Part shown: positions 9,342 through 19,330 of the stretch, one piece after another
Layout: each line of letters opens with the position of its first letter
How positions within the stretch are numbered: the stretch's first letter is position 1
DNA from: Spirochaetia bacterium
GTDB lineage: Bacteria; Spirochaetota; Spirochaetia; SZUA-6; Bin103
Length of the DNA: 64,000 nucleotides
Direction of reading: 5' to 3'
NCBI GenBank assembly: GCA_965203905.1
Contig: CBDBDQ010000005.1
Location: 2,176,001 to 2,240,000, forward strand
The notes under the pieces: generated by a model
What the model was told of the DNA's origin: nothing
The model's input: only the letters and a program-made list of their open reading frames with translations
The model's database searches: none
Position numbers and translations under genes: made by a program

Positions 9342-11752
9342 GCAACACACCGCAGGTGGGTAGCACACCGAAGGTGGGTAGTGCACCGAAGGTGGGTAGT
9401 GCACCGCAGGCACCCGCCGCTCCCGACGCGGCTGAGGCACGCAAGAGCGGCAAGGGCGCGCCGCAGCCGCTGCGCACCGGGCTGCGGATCCTGGAGATCG
9501 CGCTGTTTCTCGGCGCGGTGATCATGATCAACATTTCCTCCGCCTCGGGCCTGTTCCAGCGCCTGGACCTCACCGAGAGCGGGCTCTACTCGCTGTCGCC
9601 GCCGAGCATCGACGCGGTATCCGCGCTGCGCGAACCGCTCACCATCCGCGCCTTCTTCACGCCGAACCTGCCCGCCCCCTACAACACTGCGGAGCAGGCG
9701 GTACGCGACCTGCTGGAGGAGTACGCGGTGTACGGAGGCGAGTTCTTCAACTACCAGTTCATCTCCATGGGCGCCGAGGAGGTGGGACAGGAGGAGGCGA
9801 TCGCCAACGAGGAGTTGGCGCGCCAGTACCTGATCTACCCGATCCAGATCGAGCGGCTGGAGCGCGACGAGGTGACGCTGAGCACCGCCTACACCGGCAT
9901 GGCGCTGATCCACGGCGACCTGATCGAGACCATCCCGTCGATCACCGATCCCGACCAGCTGGAGCTCATCATCACCGAGGCGATCACCAAGCTCACCGAA
10001 CGTATCAGCAGTCTGCTGGCGCTGGAGGAAGACATCATGGTGCGGCTCTACTTCTCGTCGCCGCTGACCATGCTGGCACCCGGCGTGGACCAGTTCCCGA
10101 TGGCGGTCGAGGATCTGGTCAAGGAGCTCAACGCCGCCTACTTCGACCGCCTGCAGTTCGAGCACATCGATGCCAACGAGGAGCTGGTCCCGCTGGAGGA
10201 AGCGACCCGGCTGCGCCTGGCGCCGCTGCAGCTCCAGGGCCCCGACGGCAGCGCCGTGCTGGCCTACGCCGGCCTGTCGGTTACTTCGGCAGAGACCACC
10301 ATCACCATGAACCTGCTGCAGGGCAGCGTCATGGGCTACCAACTCGCCGACATGGAGACCATCCGCCGTTCCCTGGACGACACCCTGAAGAACGTGCTCG
10401 GCACCCAGGAGGAGATGGGCTACCTGGCCGACTTCGAGACGCCCCCCTACCGCGGCCGCGCCAACGCCACCACGCCGACCGACATGGTGGAGGCGGAGCT
10501 TTCCAACCTGTTCCAACTGGTGTCGGCCGAGTACACCTACCGCGGCCTGCTGCTGGAGGACCGGCTGGTGCCGGAGGGCCTGCGCAGCATGCTGGTGGTG
10601 GGGCCGCAGGAGCCGCTCAACGAGTGGGCGCTGTTCCAGATCGACCAGTTCCTGCTGCGTGGCGGCTCTCTGATCCTGTTCCTGGACTCCCATGACATCT
10701 ACGTGAGCCAGGGCGGCGGTTTCGGCGGCGGCGGCGCCTTCCACCTGCCGCGGGAGACCGGCCTGGAGGCGATGCTGGAGCATTACGGCATCCGGCTCAA
10801 GCAGTCCTACGTGTTGGACGAGCAGGCATTCGTGCAACGCCAGCCGTCGCCGCGCGGCGGCTACGTGGAGAGCGAGATCTACTTCGCGCCGTTGTTGAAG
10901 GAGGACGAGATCGACCAGGAGGTGGCGTTCCTCACCAACCTGGAGGAGCTGATCATGCTCAACATCTCGCCGCTGGAACTGGCGAGCGAGAGCCTGCAGG
11001 AGGGGGTTGCCTACACCGAGGCGCTGCGCACCTCGTCCACCGCGTGGGAGATGGAGGGACGCATCGACCTGATGGGCGCGCAGCCGCCCGGGGAGGACGT
11101 GCGGGCTTCGTTTCCCCTTGCGTACCTGGCCGAGGGCACCTTTACCAGCTACTTCGCCGAGCGCGAGATTCCCGAGCGACCGCGCGACGAGCCCTCGTCG
11201 CAGGATGATGACGAGGAAGCGCAGCCGATCATCTCGGCCGAGGAACTGCAGGCGGAGCAGAGCTTCACCCCCGAGGGGGAGGGCAGGTTGTTCGTGGTGG
11301 GCACCTCCGCGATCCTGGGCAGCGGTTTCATCGACGTCCAGGGCCGCAACCCGAATTCCCTGTTGCTGCTCAACCTGATCGACGCCATGAACGGGCGCGA
11401 GGACCGCGCGCTGATGCGAACCAAGGGCCGCCGGGTGCGCCCGCTGCGCGAGATCGAGCCGCCGGCGCGCACCGCCATCAAGACCTTCGCCGTGGCCGGG
11501 CTGCCGGCGCTGGTGGTGCTGGCGGGCGTCGTGGTGTGGGTGCTCGGCGGGATGCGCCGGCACCGGATTCGCCTGCAATACGGCAGCGGCGCGGTACCGC
11601 AGTCGGAGGCGGACGCCACCGCTGAGGACTCGGGCCATGGTGACGCCGGAGGCAGTGCGAAGGCGGGCTCCGGTGGGTCCGCGGGCCGCAAGGGCAACCG
11701 TGGCGGCGGCGCCAGGAGCGGGAGAGCCAGGAGCGGGGGTGCGGCGTGCTGA
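9338..11752 (+). CDS. GldG-family ABC accessory protein
   Basis: N-terminal TM, RLDLTESGLYSLS, IDQFLLRGG, NLIDAM, C-terminal TM. Confidence 0.85.
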   Translation: MSNTPQVGSTPKVGSAPKVGSAPQAPAAPDAAEARKSGKGAPQPLRTGLRILEIALFLGAVIMINISSASGLFQRLDLTESGLYSLSPPSIDAVSALREPLTIRAFFTPNLPAPYNTAEQAVRDLLEEYAVYGGEFFNYQFISMGAEEVGQEEAIANEELARQYLIYPIQIERLERDEVTLSTAYTGMALIHGDLIETIPSITDPDQLELIITEAITKLTERISSLLALEEDIMVRLYFSSPLTMLAPGVDQFPMAVEDLVKELNAAYFDRLQFEHIDANEELVPLEEATRLRLAPLQLQGPDGSAVLAYAGLSVTSAETTITMNLLQGSVMGYQLADMETIRRSLDDTLKNVLGTQEEMGYLADFETPPYRGRANATTPTDMVEAELSNLFQLVSAEYTYRGLLLEDRLVPEGLRSMLVVGPQEPLNEWALFQIDQFLLRGGSLILFLDSHDIYVSQGGGFGGGGAFHLPRETGLEAMLEHYGIRLKQSYVLDEQAFVQRQPSPRGGYVESEIYFAPLLKEDEIDQEVAFLTNLEELIMLNISPLELASESLQEGVAYTEALRTSSTAWEMEGRIDLMGAQPPGEDVRASFPLAYLAEGTFTSYFAEREIPERPRDEPSSQDDDEEAQPIISAEELQAEQSFTPEGEGRLFVVGTSAILGSGFIDVQGRNPNSLLLLNLIDAMNGREDRALMRTKGRRVRPLREIEPPARTAIKTFAVAGLPALVVLAGVVVWVLGGMRRHRIRLQYGSGAVPQSEADATAEDSGHGDAGGSAKAGSGGSAGRKGNRGGGARSGRARSGGAAC
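9347..9409 (+). repeat. In-frame 18-bp tandem repeat (about 3.5 copies) at the GldG N-terminus
   Basis: (A/G)CACCG(C/A)AGGTGGGTAG(C/T) encoding TPQVGS-TPKVGS-APKVGS-APQ. Confidence 0.9.
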
Positions 11753-12672
11753 CCCTGGAACGACTGCTCACGCGCTACGTTCTGCCGGCGCTGATTATCG
11801 CCGGGTTGCTGCTCTACCTGGGGCTGCGCAATCGCGACCGGCTGCTGTACGAGCTGCCGCAGCTTCCCGAGCTGGTGCTGGCGGACGTGGACCGGGTCGA
11901 GATTACCAAGGGCGAGCGCGCCACCTCGGTGCGGCGCGAAGGCGAGGGCTGGGTGCTGGAGCCGGAGGACTTCCCTGCCGCCGGGCAGCAGGTGGACACC
12001 ATGGTGCGGATGCTGGCCGCCATCCGGGTCACCGACCTGGTGTCGGAGCACGCCGCCTACAGCCGCTTCGAGCTGGACCCCGACTCCGCCCTGCGGGTGA
12101 CTGCCTACCAGGGCGACAAGGTGCTGCGCACCATCGAGATCGGCAAGGAGGCGCGCACCTACCAGCACACCTACGTCAAGCTGGAGGGCGACCGCCGCGT
12201 GTACCAGGCGGAGGGCGATCTGGGCAATTACTTCCCCGTGGTGGGCGACGTACTGCGCGACAAGCTGGTGCTGACCGTCGACGTGGAGACGGTGGGGGAG
12301 ATCGTGGCGCGCAGTCCCGGGGAGGAACTGGTGCTGCGCAAGCGACCCTCCCTGGAGGAGGACGCGGCCCCCGACTGGGTGACGGCGGACGGCGCGGAGT
12401 GGGACACCGCCAAGGTCAACGAGTCGCTGCAGCGCCTCGCCAACCTCAGCACCTTCCGTTTCGCCGAGGGGCCGCCGGCCGCGGGCGGCGAGGTGCTGGA
12501 GCTGACCTTGAACACCGAGGCCGGCGCCAGCCACACGCTGCAGGTGTTCGCCCGCCAGGGGAACAGCTACCCGGCGACCTCGTCCGGCTCCGAATACCCG
12601 TTCCTGCTGTTCGTGTGGATGGTGAACGGTTTTCTGGAGGCATTCACGACCGCCGGTCCGCCCGAGGAGTAA
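11746..12672 (+). CDS. DUF4340-domain protein
   Basis: N-terminal TM, repeated W-x-L...P module, position after a GldAFG-like operon. Confidence 0.75.
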   Translation: MLTLERLLTRYVLPALIIAGLLLYLGLRNRDRLLYELPQLPELVLADVDRVEITKGERATSVRREGEGWVLEPEDFPAAGQQVDTMVRMLAAIRVTDLVSEHAAYSRFELDPDSALRVTAYQGDKVLRTIEIGKEARTYQHTYVKLEGDRRVYQAEGDLGNYFPVVGDVLRDKLVLTVDVETVGEIVARSPGEELVLRKRPSLEEDAAPDWVTADGAEWDTAKVNESLQRLANLSTFRFAEGPPAAGGEVLELTLNTEAGASHTLQVFARQGNSYPATSSGSEYPFLLFVWMVNGFLEAFTTAGPPEE

Positions 12673-12682
12673 CCGGCCGCCC

Positions 12683-13858
12683 ATGCGCCTGAAGCAGATC
12701 CGCGCCGCCTGCGTCGACCTGGTGCCGCGGCCACGGACGCCGCCGCGGGTGGCGGCCGCCACCGACAGCACCTTCCACCGCCCCCTGGACCGCTATCCCG
12801 AGGCAAGCCGCGCCGCCGCCTCCGACTGGCTGACGGTGGCGTGCGTGGCGACCGCGGACGACGGCACCTGGGGCCTCGGCCTGTCGCTGCACGGCACGCC
12901 GGTGGCGGCGATCGTCAACGACCATTTCGCCCCGTTGCTGGTGGGGCAGCCGGTCACCGCCACCGAGAAGGCGTGGGACCTGATGCGGCGGGCGGCGGCC
13001 CCGTTCGGCACCGACAGCCTCACCAGCTACGCCATGAGCGCCATCGACCTGGCGCTGTGGGACCTCAAGGGCAAGCTGCTGCGGCGGCCGGTGTACGAAC
13101 TGCTCGGCGGGCCACAGAAGGAGCGCATCTTCTGCTACGCCAGCAACACCACCCTCACCTACGGCATGGAGCACAGCCTGGAGTGGTTCCTGGAGCTCGG
13201 CTTTCGCGCCGTGAAGATCTTCCTCACCGAGGGCCCGGCCCAGGGCCTCGCCGGGTTGCGCCGCACCGAGGAGCGGGTGGCGCGGGCACGCGAGCTGGTG
13301 GGCGACGACGTGGAGCTGGCGGTGGACGCCTGGCTGGGGCTGGACGTGGAGTACGCCGTGCGGCTGGGCGAGATGCTGCGTCCCTACCGCATCAAGTGGC
13401 TGGAGGACTTTCTGCCGGCGGACGACCTGGAGGGCTACGCGGCGGTGCGCCGGCGGCTGCCCGGCGTCACCCTGGCCGCGGGCGAGCACTGGTACGGCGT
13501 GGGCAGCTTCGCGAGCGCGGTGCAGCGGCGGCTGGTGGACATCCTGCAGCCCGATCTGCAGTGGTGCGGGGGCCTGAGCAACGGGGTACGCATCTGTCAC
13601 CTGGCCGACGCCGCCGGACTCTCGGTGATCGCCCACGGCGGGATGAACACGCCGTTCGGCCAGCACCTCTCCTTCGCCATGCCCGCCGTGCCGTGGGGCG
13701 AGCGCTCCCAGGGCGTGTCGCCGCCGGGGGTGCCGCTCGAGGAGATGGTGTACGTCCCCGGCACCCCCGTGATCCGCGACGGCTGGCTGGTCCCCAGCGA
13801 CGCTCCCGGCTTCGGCATCGAAGCCACCCTGGAGTGGCTGGAAGAACACACCGTCTGA
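12683..13858 (+). CDS. Mandelate racemase/enolase superfamily dehydratase (L-rhamnonate dehydratase-like)
   Basis: SAIDLALWDLKGK, PVYELLGG, VDAW, WLED, AGEH, ILQPDLQWCGG. Confidence 0.85.
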   Translation: MRLKQIRAACVDLVPRPRTPPRVAAATDSTFHRPLDRYPEASRAAASDWLTVACVATADDGTWGLGLSLHGTPVAAIVNDHFAPLLVGQPVTATEKAWDLMRRAAAPFGTDSLTSYAMSAIDLALWDLKGKLLRRPVYELLGGPQKERIFCYASNTTLTYGMEHSLEWFLELGFRAVKIFLTEGPAQGLAGLRRTEERVARARELVGDDVELAVDAWLGLDVEYAVRLGEMLRPYRIKWLEDFLPADDLEGYAAVRRRLPGVTLAAGEHWYGVGSFASAVQRRLVDILQPDLQWCGGLSNGVRICHLADAAGLSVIAHGGMNTPFGQHLSFAMPAVPWGERSQGVSPPGVPLEEMVYVPGTPVIRDGWLVPSDAPGFGIEATLEWLEEHTV

Positions 13859-13921
13859 GCACCCGCGCGGGCCGCCGGTCGGACTGGTGCCGCGGGTTGC
13901 ATACGGGGTAGCCTGCGCCGC

Positions 13922-14314
13922 ATGAGACTGGAGCACGTAGCCCTCAACGTTCCCGACGTCCGCGCCATGGCCGCCTGGTACGTCGAGCATCTCGGCATGA
14001 AGATCGCGAGTGAGGGCGACACCCCGCCCTACGCCACCTTCGTCACCGACTCGGCCGGCCGCAGCATGCTGGAGCTGTACACGTGGGAGGACCCGGTTCC
14101 GCCGCAGTGGAGCGAGCGCGACCGCTATCAACTGCACCTGGCGTTCCTCACCGACGACCTGGAGGCGGACCGCGACCGCCTGGTGGCGGCCGGCGCCACG
14201 ATCGACGGCGATCCGGTGCACAACCCGGTGGGCGACGTGCTGCTGTTCTTCCGCGATCCCTGGGGCGTGTCGTTCCAGATCGTGAGCCGGGCCGTGCACC
14301 TGCTCAAGGAGTGA
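13922..14314 (+). CDS. VOC/glyoxalase family protein
   Basis: LEHVALNV, LELY, HLAF, FFRDPWG. Confidence 0.85.
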   Translation: MRLEHVALNVPDVRAMAAWYVEHLGMKIASEGDTPPYATFVTDSAGRSMLELYTWEDPVPPQWSERDRYQLHLAFLTDDLEADRDRLVAAGATIDGDPVHNPVGDVLLFFRDPWGVSFQIVSRAVHLLKE

Positions 14315-14988
14315 TGGCCCTCTCCGAGGGCTTGTTCGAGTTCCTGGCGGAGCTGAAGGAGAACAACGACCGCGAGTGGTTCCAGGCTCGCAAGGGGCGC
14401 TACGAAGATGAGGTGAAAGCGCCGCTGCTGGCCTTCATCGGCGGCTTCGACGAGCACCTCGGGCGCCTCAGCGCCCACTTCGTGGCCGACCCGCGGCCGG
14501 TGGGCGGTTCGCTGTTCCGCATCTACCGCGACGTCCGTTTCTCCAAGGACAAGTCACCCTACAAGACGGCCGCCGGAATCCACTTCCGCCATGAACGCGC
14601 GAAAGACGTGCACGCCCCCGGCTACTACCTGCACCTGGAGCAGGAAGCGTGCTTTGCGGCCTGTGGACTGTGGATGCCGGCCACGGCGCAGGCGCAACAG
14701 GTGCGCGCCGCCATCGACCGCGACCAGCCCGGCTGGCGGGCCGCGCGACAGGCGGCGCAGGCCGGCGGCTTCATCATGGACGGCAACTCCCTCAAGCGCC
14801 CTCCGCGCGGCTATGCCGCCGACCATCCGCTGATCGAGGACCTCAAGCACAAGGACTTCACCGTTTCCATCGAGCTCGACCAGCAGGCTGTCCTCGCCGA
14901 GGAATTCCCGGTGCGTCTGGAGGAGATGTGGTCCCACACCACTCCCTTCATGCGCTTCGTCACCGAAGCCCTCGCCCTCCCATTCTGA
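14314..14988 (+). CDS. DUF2461-family protein
   Basis: FLAELKENNDREWF, FRIYRDVRFSKDKSPYK, LKRPPRGY. Confidence 0.88.
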   Translation: MALSEGLFEFLAELKENNDREWFQARKGRYEDEVKAPLLAFIGGFDEHLGRLSAHFVADPRPVGGSLFRIYRDVRFSKDKSPYKTAAGIHFRHERAKDVHAPGYYLHLEQEACFAACGLWMPATAQAQQVRAAIDRDQPGWRAARQAAQAGGFIMDGNSLKRPPRGYAADHPLIEDLKHKDFTVSIELDQQAVLAEEFPVRLEEMWSHTTPFMRFVTEALALPF

Positions 14989-15075
14989 AGCGCCGTGCGT
15001 GTGCTGCATGCCCGAATGGACGCGTTCCGTCACTTCTGACCGTTCGGGCCGTGCCGATCCCGTTCGGGGTCTCGA

Positions 15076-15960
15076 TCAGGCCGGCGAATCGCGCGGCGGT
15101 GGCGCGCAGGGCTCGGCTCGCCCTACGAGTGCGCGAAGCTGGGTCAGCTCCTCGGCCCACAGCTCCTGGTCGACGGTCTCGGTGATCAGCGGCAGGTCGT
15201 CGAAGCGCGGATCGTTCATCAACAGCCGGAACGGCTCCCAGCCCATGGTGCCCTTGCCGAGGCTCTCGTGGCGGTCCACCCGGCTGCCCAGCCCGGTCTT
15301 GGAGTCGTTGAGGTGGGCGCCGGCCAGATAGCGCAGGCCCACCACCTGATCGAACTCGGCCATCGTCCGCTCGTACGCATCTGCCGTGGTGAGATCGTAG
15401 CCGGCTGCGTGCAGGTGGCAGGTGTCCAGACAGACGCCGATGCGGGACTTGTCCTCGATGCCGTCGACCAGGGCCGCGAGTTGCTCGAAGCTGTGGCCCA
15501 GGTGGCTGCCCTGACCTGCGGTGCACTCGTACACGGCGATTACCCCGGGGATCTCGGCAATGGCCCGGTTGAGGAAGGAGGTGATCTGTTCGGTGCACGC
15601 GGCGTCGTCCATCCTGCCGAGGTGACTGCCGGGGTGGAAGTTCAGGCAGCGCAGTCCGAGGCGCCGGCAGCGTTCGAACTCGTCCAGGAAGCCCGCCTGC
15701 GACTTGCGCACGATCTCGGCGTCGGGGGCGCCCAGGTTGATCAGGTAGCCCGCGTGCGGCAGCACGCGGTGCAGCGGGATGCCGACCGCGGCGCATTGCT
15801 CGCGGAAGGTGACGGCCTCATCGTCGGCCAGCGGTTTCGCCGCCCAGCGCCGCTGGTTGCGGGTGAAGATGGCGAACGCCGTGGCCCCGAGGGCCTGGGC
15901 ACGTTGCGGCGCTGTGTGCACGCCGCCGGCGGTGGAAACATGGGCGCCGAGATATTTCAT
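15076..15960 (-). CDS. nfo: Endonuclease IV
   Basis: LGAHVSTAGG, PHAGYLINL, NFHPGS, E.TAGQG, CLDTCH, HLNDSK, DRHESLG, ET. Confidence 0.95.
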   Translation of the reverse strand: MKYLGAHVSTAGGVHTAPQRAQALGATAFAIFTRNQRRWAAKPLADDEAVTFREQCAAVGIPLHRVLPHAGYLINLGAPDAEIVRKSQAGFLDEFERCRRLGLRCLNFHPGSHLGRMDDAACTEQITSFLNRAIAEIPGVIAVYECTAGQGSHLGHSFEQLAALVDGIEDKSRIGVCLDTCHLHAAGYDLTTADAYERTMAEFDQVVGLRYLAGAHLNDSKTGLGSRVDRHESLGKGTMGWEPFRLLMNDPRFDDLPLITETVDQELWAEELTQLRALVGRAEPCAPPPRDSPA

Positions 15961-15991
15961 GGTCGCACGTAGGATAGGATAGGGTGGCGGC

Positions 15992-16981
15992 ATGATCCTG
16001 GTAAGTGGGCAGAACTGCGCGTGGCAGCTTACCTACCGCTTCCAACGCGTAACCCCGGGCGCGGTCAACCGGGTGCAGGAGGTGCAGCGCTCGGCGGCGG
16101 GCAAGGGGGTCAACGTAGCCCGCGTGCTCGCCGCCCTGGAGGTGCCGGCGACGCTCCTGGCATACCTGGGCGGCGCCAACGGGAGTCGCATTCGCGCGGC
16201 CCTGCGCCGCGAGGGGATCGGTGCGCGGGTGGTCGAGATGGACGCCGATACGCGCACCTGCGTCACCCTGCTGGAGGGCCGCGTCGCGGCACGGGCGCGC
16301 CAGGTCACCGAGCTGGTGGAGCCGGCCGCCGTGGCGGACGAGGCGGCGCAGGAGCGCTTCGCGGCCGCGTACGAAGAGCTTCTGCCGCAGGCCACCGCGG
16401 TGGTGATTGCCGGAACCGCCATTGGCGGAGCCCGGTGCGCCGAGTACGCCGAGATGGTGCGGCGCGCGCACCGGCGCGGTGTGCTGACCCTGCTCGACGC
16501 CTACCGGGACCACGGCCGCGCCGCCCTGGAAGCCGCACCCACCGTGCTCAAGATCAACCGTGCTGAGCTGGCCGAGCTGACAGGTAAGCCGGTGGCCACG
16601 GTGGCGGCCCGCGTCGCCGCCTATCGCCACCTGCGCGACAGCCACGGCGTGCGCTGGGTGATGGTCACCGCCGGGGCGGAGGGCATCGAGGCCTACGATG
16701 GGACCCGCCTGGTGCGCGCCGTTCCGCCGCCGGTGCCGGTGGTCAACTCGATCGGGAGCGGGGATGCCGCGGCCGCGGGAGTGATGGCCGGAATCGTGGC
16801 GGCCGCCGGCGCAGACGGCCGAGCACCAGTACCTCTCGAGCGTGCCGATCTGGCCGTCGCCGCACGATTCGCGGTGGCTTGCGGGAGCGCCAACTGTGGC
16901 TCCCCCGTACCCGGAGTGGTGCCCCGCAACGTGTTCCGGACGCTCTACGAGCAGGTCGTCATCTCCGAGCAAGAGCCCTGA
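15992..16981 (+). CDS. PfkB-family hexose kinase (1-phosphofructokinase/tagatose-6-phosphate kinase-like)
   Basis: AAGKGVNVARVL, TRTCVT, KIN..EL, NSIGSGDA. Confidence 0.85.
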   Translation: MILVSGQNCAWQLTYRFQRVTPGAVNRVQEVQRSAAGKGVNVARVLAALEVPATLLAYLGGANGSRIRAALRREGIGARVVEMDADTRTCVTLLEGRVAARARQVTELVEPAAVADEAAQERFAAAYEELLPQATAVVIAGTAIGGARCAEYAEMVRRAHRRGVLTLLDAYRDHGRAALEAAPTVLKINRAELAELTGKPVATVAARVAAYRHLRDSHGVRWVMVTAGAEGIEAYDGTRLVRAVPPPVPVVNSIGSGDAAAAGVMAGIVAAAGADGRAPVPLERADLAVAARFAVACGSANCGSPVPGVVPRNVFRTLYEQVVISEQEP

Positions 16982-17057
16982 TCGGCCCGGCGCCGGCCCG
17001 GGAAACCGAGAGTAGTTGATTTGTAAGAAACAAGAGGTGTGATAGCGTGTCGGACCT

Positions 17058-17666
17058 GTGAGGAGCCATGCGCGCAGGCTGGAGGATGTTCTCATGCGGA
17101 TCGACGCGGCCAATCGCGAGGATCCCAACACCGAGACTGCCGGTAGCGTCGAGTACCCCAAGGAGTTGCTCTACTCCCAGCGCATGAGTGCCTGGCTGGA
17201 GCGGCTGCGGCCGGACCCCTCCGACGTGCTGCGCATCGCCGCCCGCGCCCAGCACCTGGAACGCTGGAAGGTAGCGCGCGCCGACTTCCCGCAGGGGCGC
17301 AGCGGCTACCTGCGCTGGCGCACGGTTGCTGCCGGGCATCACGCTCGGCGCACCGCGGAACTGATGCAGGAGGTGGGCTGCGATCCGCCGGAGGTGGCCG
17401 CGGTGTGCGCCTTGCTGCGCAAGGAAGGGCTGGCGACGGCCGCGGCGGACAGCGACGTGCAGGCCTTGGAGGACGTCGCCTGCCTGGTGTTCCTGGAGAG
17501 CTATCTGAGCGCGTTTGCTCCCAAGCACGACGCTGCCAAGGTTACCGCGATCCTCACCAGGACCTGGCGCAAGATGTCGCCGGCCGCCCGGCGCGGGGCG
17601 CTGCAGGCGGGGCTGGACGCGGACTCGCTACGGTTGCTGGAGGACGCCGGGGCGACCCCGGAGTAA
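17058..17666 (+). CDS. DUF4202-family protein
   Basis: IDAAN.EDP, ELLYS.RM, AARAQHLERW, GYLRWR, LEDVACLVFL, TWRKMS. Confidence 0.85.
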   Translation: MRSHARRLEDVLMRIDAANREDPNTETAGSVEYPKELLYSQRMSAWLERLRPDPSDVLRIAARAQHLERWKVARADFPQGRSGYLRWRTVAAGHHARRTAELMQEVGCDPPEVAAVCALLRKEGLATAAADSDVQALEDVACLVFLESYLSAFAPKHDAAKVTAILTRTWRKMSPAARRGALQAGLDADSLRLLEDAGATPE

Positions 17667-17803
17667 CACGCAAGGCCACTCCGTGGCGCTGAAGACCACG
17701 ACACCCGGTGCACTTGGAGTAACACTCGCCGGGTTTTCGCCACGGACTGCTGGTCCCCGGTTTCGTTGCCCGCCTACCTGATCGGTGTTAGGTTACGGCG
17801 GTC

Positions 17804-19330
17804 GTGCGCGGTCGCAACCTCACCACCGGTTCCATACCCGCCCTGAGCTGGTCGCTGGCCTGGCCGGTGATGCTCTCCATCTTCTTCCAGACCCTCTATC
17901 AACTGGTGGATGCGTTCTGGGTGAGCCGGGTCTCCGACAACGCCATCGCCGCGGTGACGGTATCCCAGATCACGCTGTTCGTGATGATTTCCCTGACCAT
18001 CGGCATCACCGTCGGTTCCGGCGTGGTGATGGCCATGAGCATCGGCCGCCGCGATATCGCCGAGGCGGAACGGGTGCTGGGGCAGTCCTTCGTGCTGAAC
18101 TTCATCGCGGCGGCGGTGTTCACGACGCTGTGCCTGTCGCTGCGCGGGCAGCTCTTGACCCTGACCGGGGCCACCGGAGAGATCCTGCCCCTGGCGCTGG
18201 ACTACTTCACCGTGGTGGCCGGCGGCTCGGTGCTCATGTTCGTGTTCTTCGCCGTGATCTTCGGCTTCAACTCGCAGGGCGACAACACCACGGTCACCTG
18301 GCTGTTCGCCATCTCCACCACCATCAACGCGGGCCTCGACCCGCTGCTGATCTTCGGTGGCCTCGGGATCCCGGCGTTCGGTGTGCGCGGTGCCGCGATC
18401 GCCACCGTCATCTCGCAGCTGCTGCTGGTGACCGCGGGCATCACCCTCCTCCACCAGCGCGACATGCTGGTGAAGTTCCGCTTCCGGAACCTGGTGTTCC
18501 GGCTGCACTCGGTACGGCGGGTCCTGGCCATTGGCTTTCCCGCGGCCCTCACCAACCTGCTCAACCCCGCGGGACTGGCGGCGCTCAACGCCCTGGTGGC
18601 GCTGGCGTTCCTGGAAGCCGGCGTAATCGGGCTCTCCATCGGCCTGCGTATCGAGTTCTTTTCGTTTCTCCCGGCCATCGGCTTCGCCGTCGCCGCCCTT
18701 GCCATGATCGGCCAGAACCTTGGTGGTGGCCGCCTGGACCGCGCCCGCGCTTCCTACCGCACGGCGCTGTTGTTTGCGTTTGTCATCGGCTCGCTGGTGG
18801 GAGTCGGGGCGCTGGCGCTGCGCGGCGTGATCGTCGGAGCGTTCTCGGCCGACCCGGCGGTGTCCGGATACACGCGCTCCTACCTGGCGATCGTACCGCT
18901 CGCCTACGGCGTGGTGGCCGCACTGTTCGTGCTGGTCAGCTCGCTGCAGGCGCTGGGCAAGTCGTGGCGCGGCTTCGGCATCTCCGCCATACGGGTCACG
19001 ATCCTGGTCGGCGGCACCGCGCTGGTAACCGGTGGCGGCCGCGCAGATCCCGGCTCGGCGACCAGTGTCTGGCTGATCATCGTGGCCTCCAACCTGATCG
19101 CTTTCGCGATCGCGTGGGTCGTGTTGCGACGTACGTTCGCTCACGTGCAGGCCGCCGGTCCGGCCGCGCGCGGAGGCTGGCCCGGCAAGCCTCCTGCACC
19201 CGACGGAGCCGCGCGCCCCCCTGGCGCACCTGACCATGGCAGCGCGCATGGCGCCCCGCTACCGGACGATACCCCGGCCAGCGTCGGCGACGGCCGCGGT
19301 ACCCCAGGCAATGAGGCAGGCAGCGTATGA
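17804..19330 (+). CDS. MATE-family efflux transporter
   Basis: NLTTGSI, QTLYQLVDAFWV, LDPLLIFG, GVRGAAIAT, IGQNLG. Confidence 0.92.
   Translation: MRGRNLTTGSIPALSWSLAWPVMLSIFFQTLYQLVDAFWVSRVSDNAIAAVTVSQITLFVMISLTIGITVGSGVVMAMSIGRRDIAEAERVLGQSFVLNFIAAAVFTTLCLSLRGQLLTLTGATGEILPLALDYFTVVAGGSVLMFVFFAVIFGFNSQGDNTTVTWLFAISTTINAGLDPLLIFGGLGIPAFGVRGAAIATVISQLLLVTAGITLLHQRDMLVKFRFRNLVFRLHSVRRVLAIGFPAALTNLLNPAGLAALNALVALAFLEAGVIGLSIGLRIEFFSFLPAIGFAVAALAMIGQNLGGGRLDRARASYRTALLFAFVIGSLVGVGALALRGVIVGAFSADPAVSGYTRSYLAIVPLAYGVVAALFVLVSSLQALGKSWRGFGISAIRVTILVGGTALVTGGGRADPGSATSVWLIIVASNLIAFAIAWVVLRRTFAHVQAAGPAARGGWPGKPPAPDGAARPPGAPDHGSAHGAPLPDDTPASVGDGRGTPGNEAGSV

Noticed and set aside
9347-9409. Repeat considered as a mini CRISPR array
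   Set aside because: No spacers, in-frame coding tandem repeat, no cas genes
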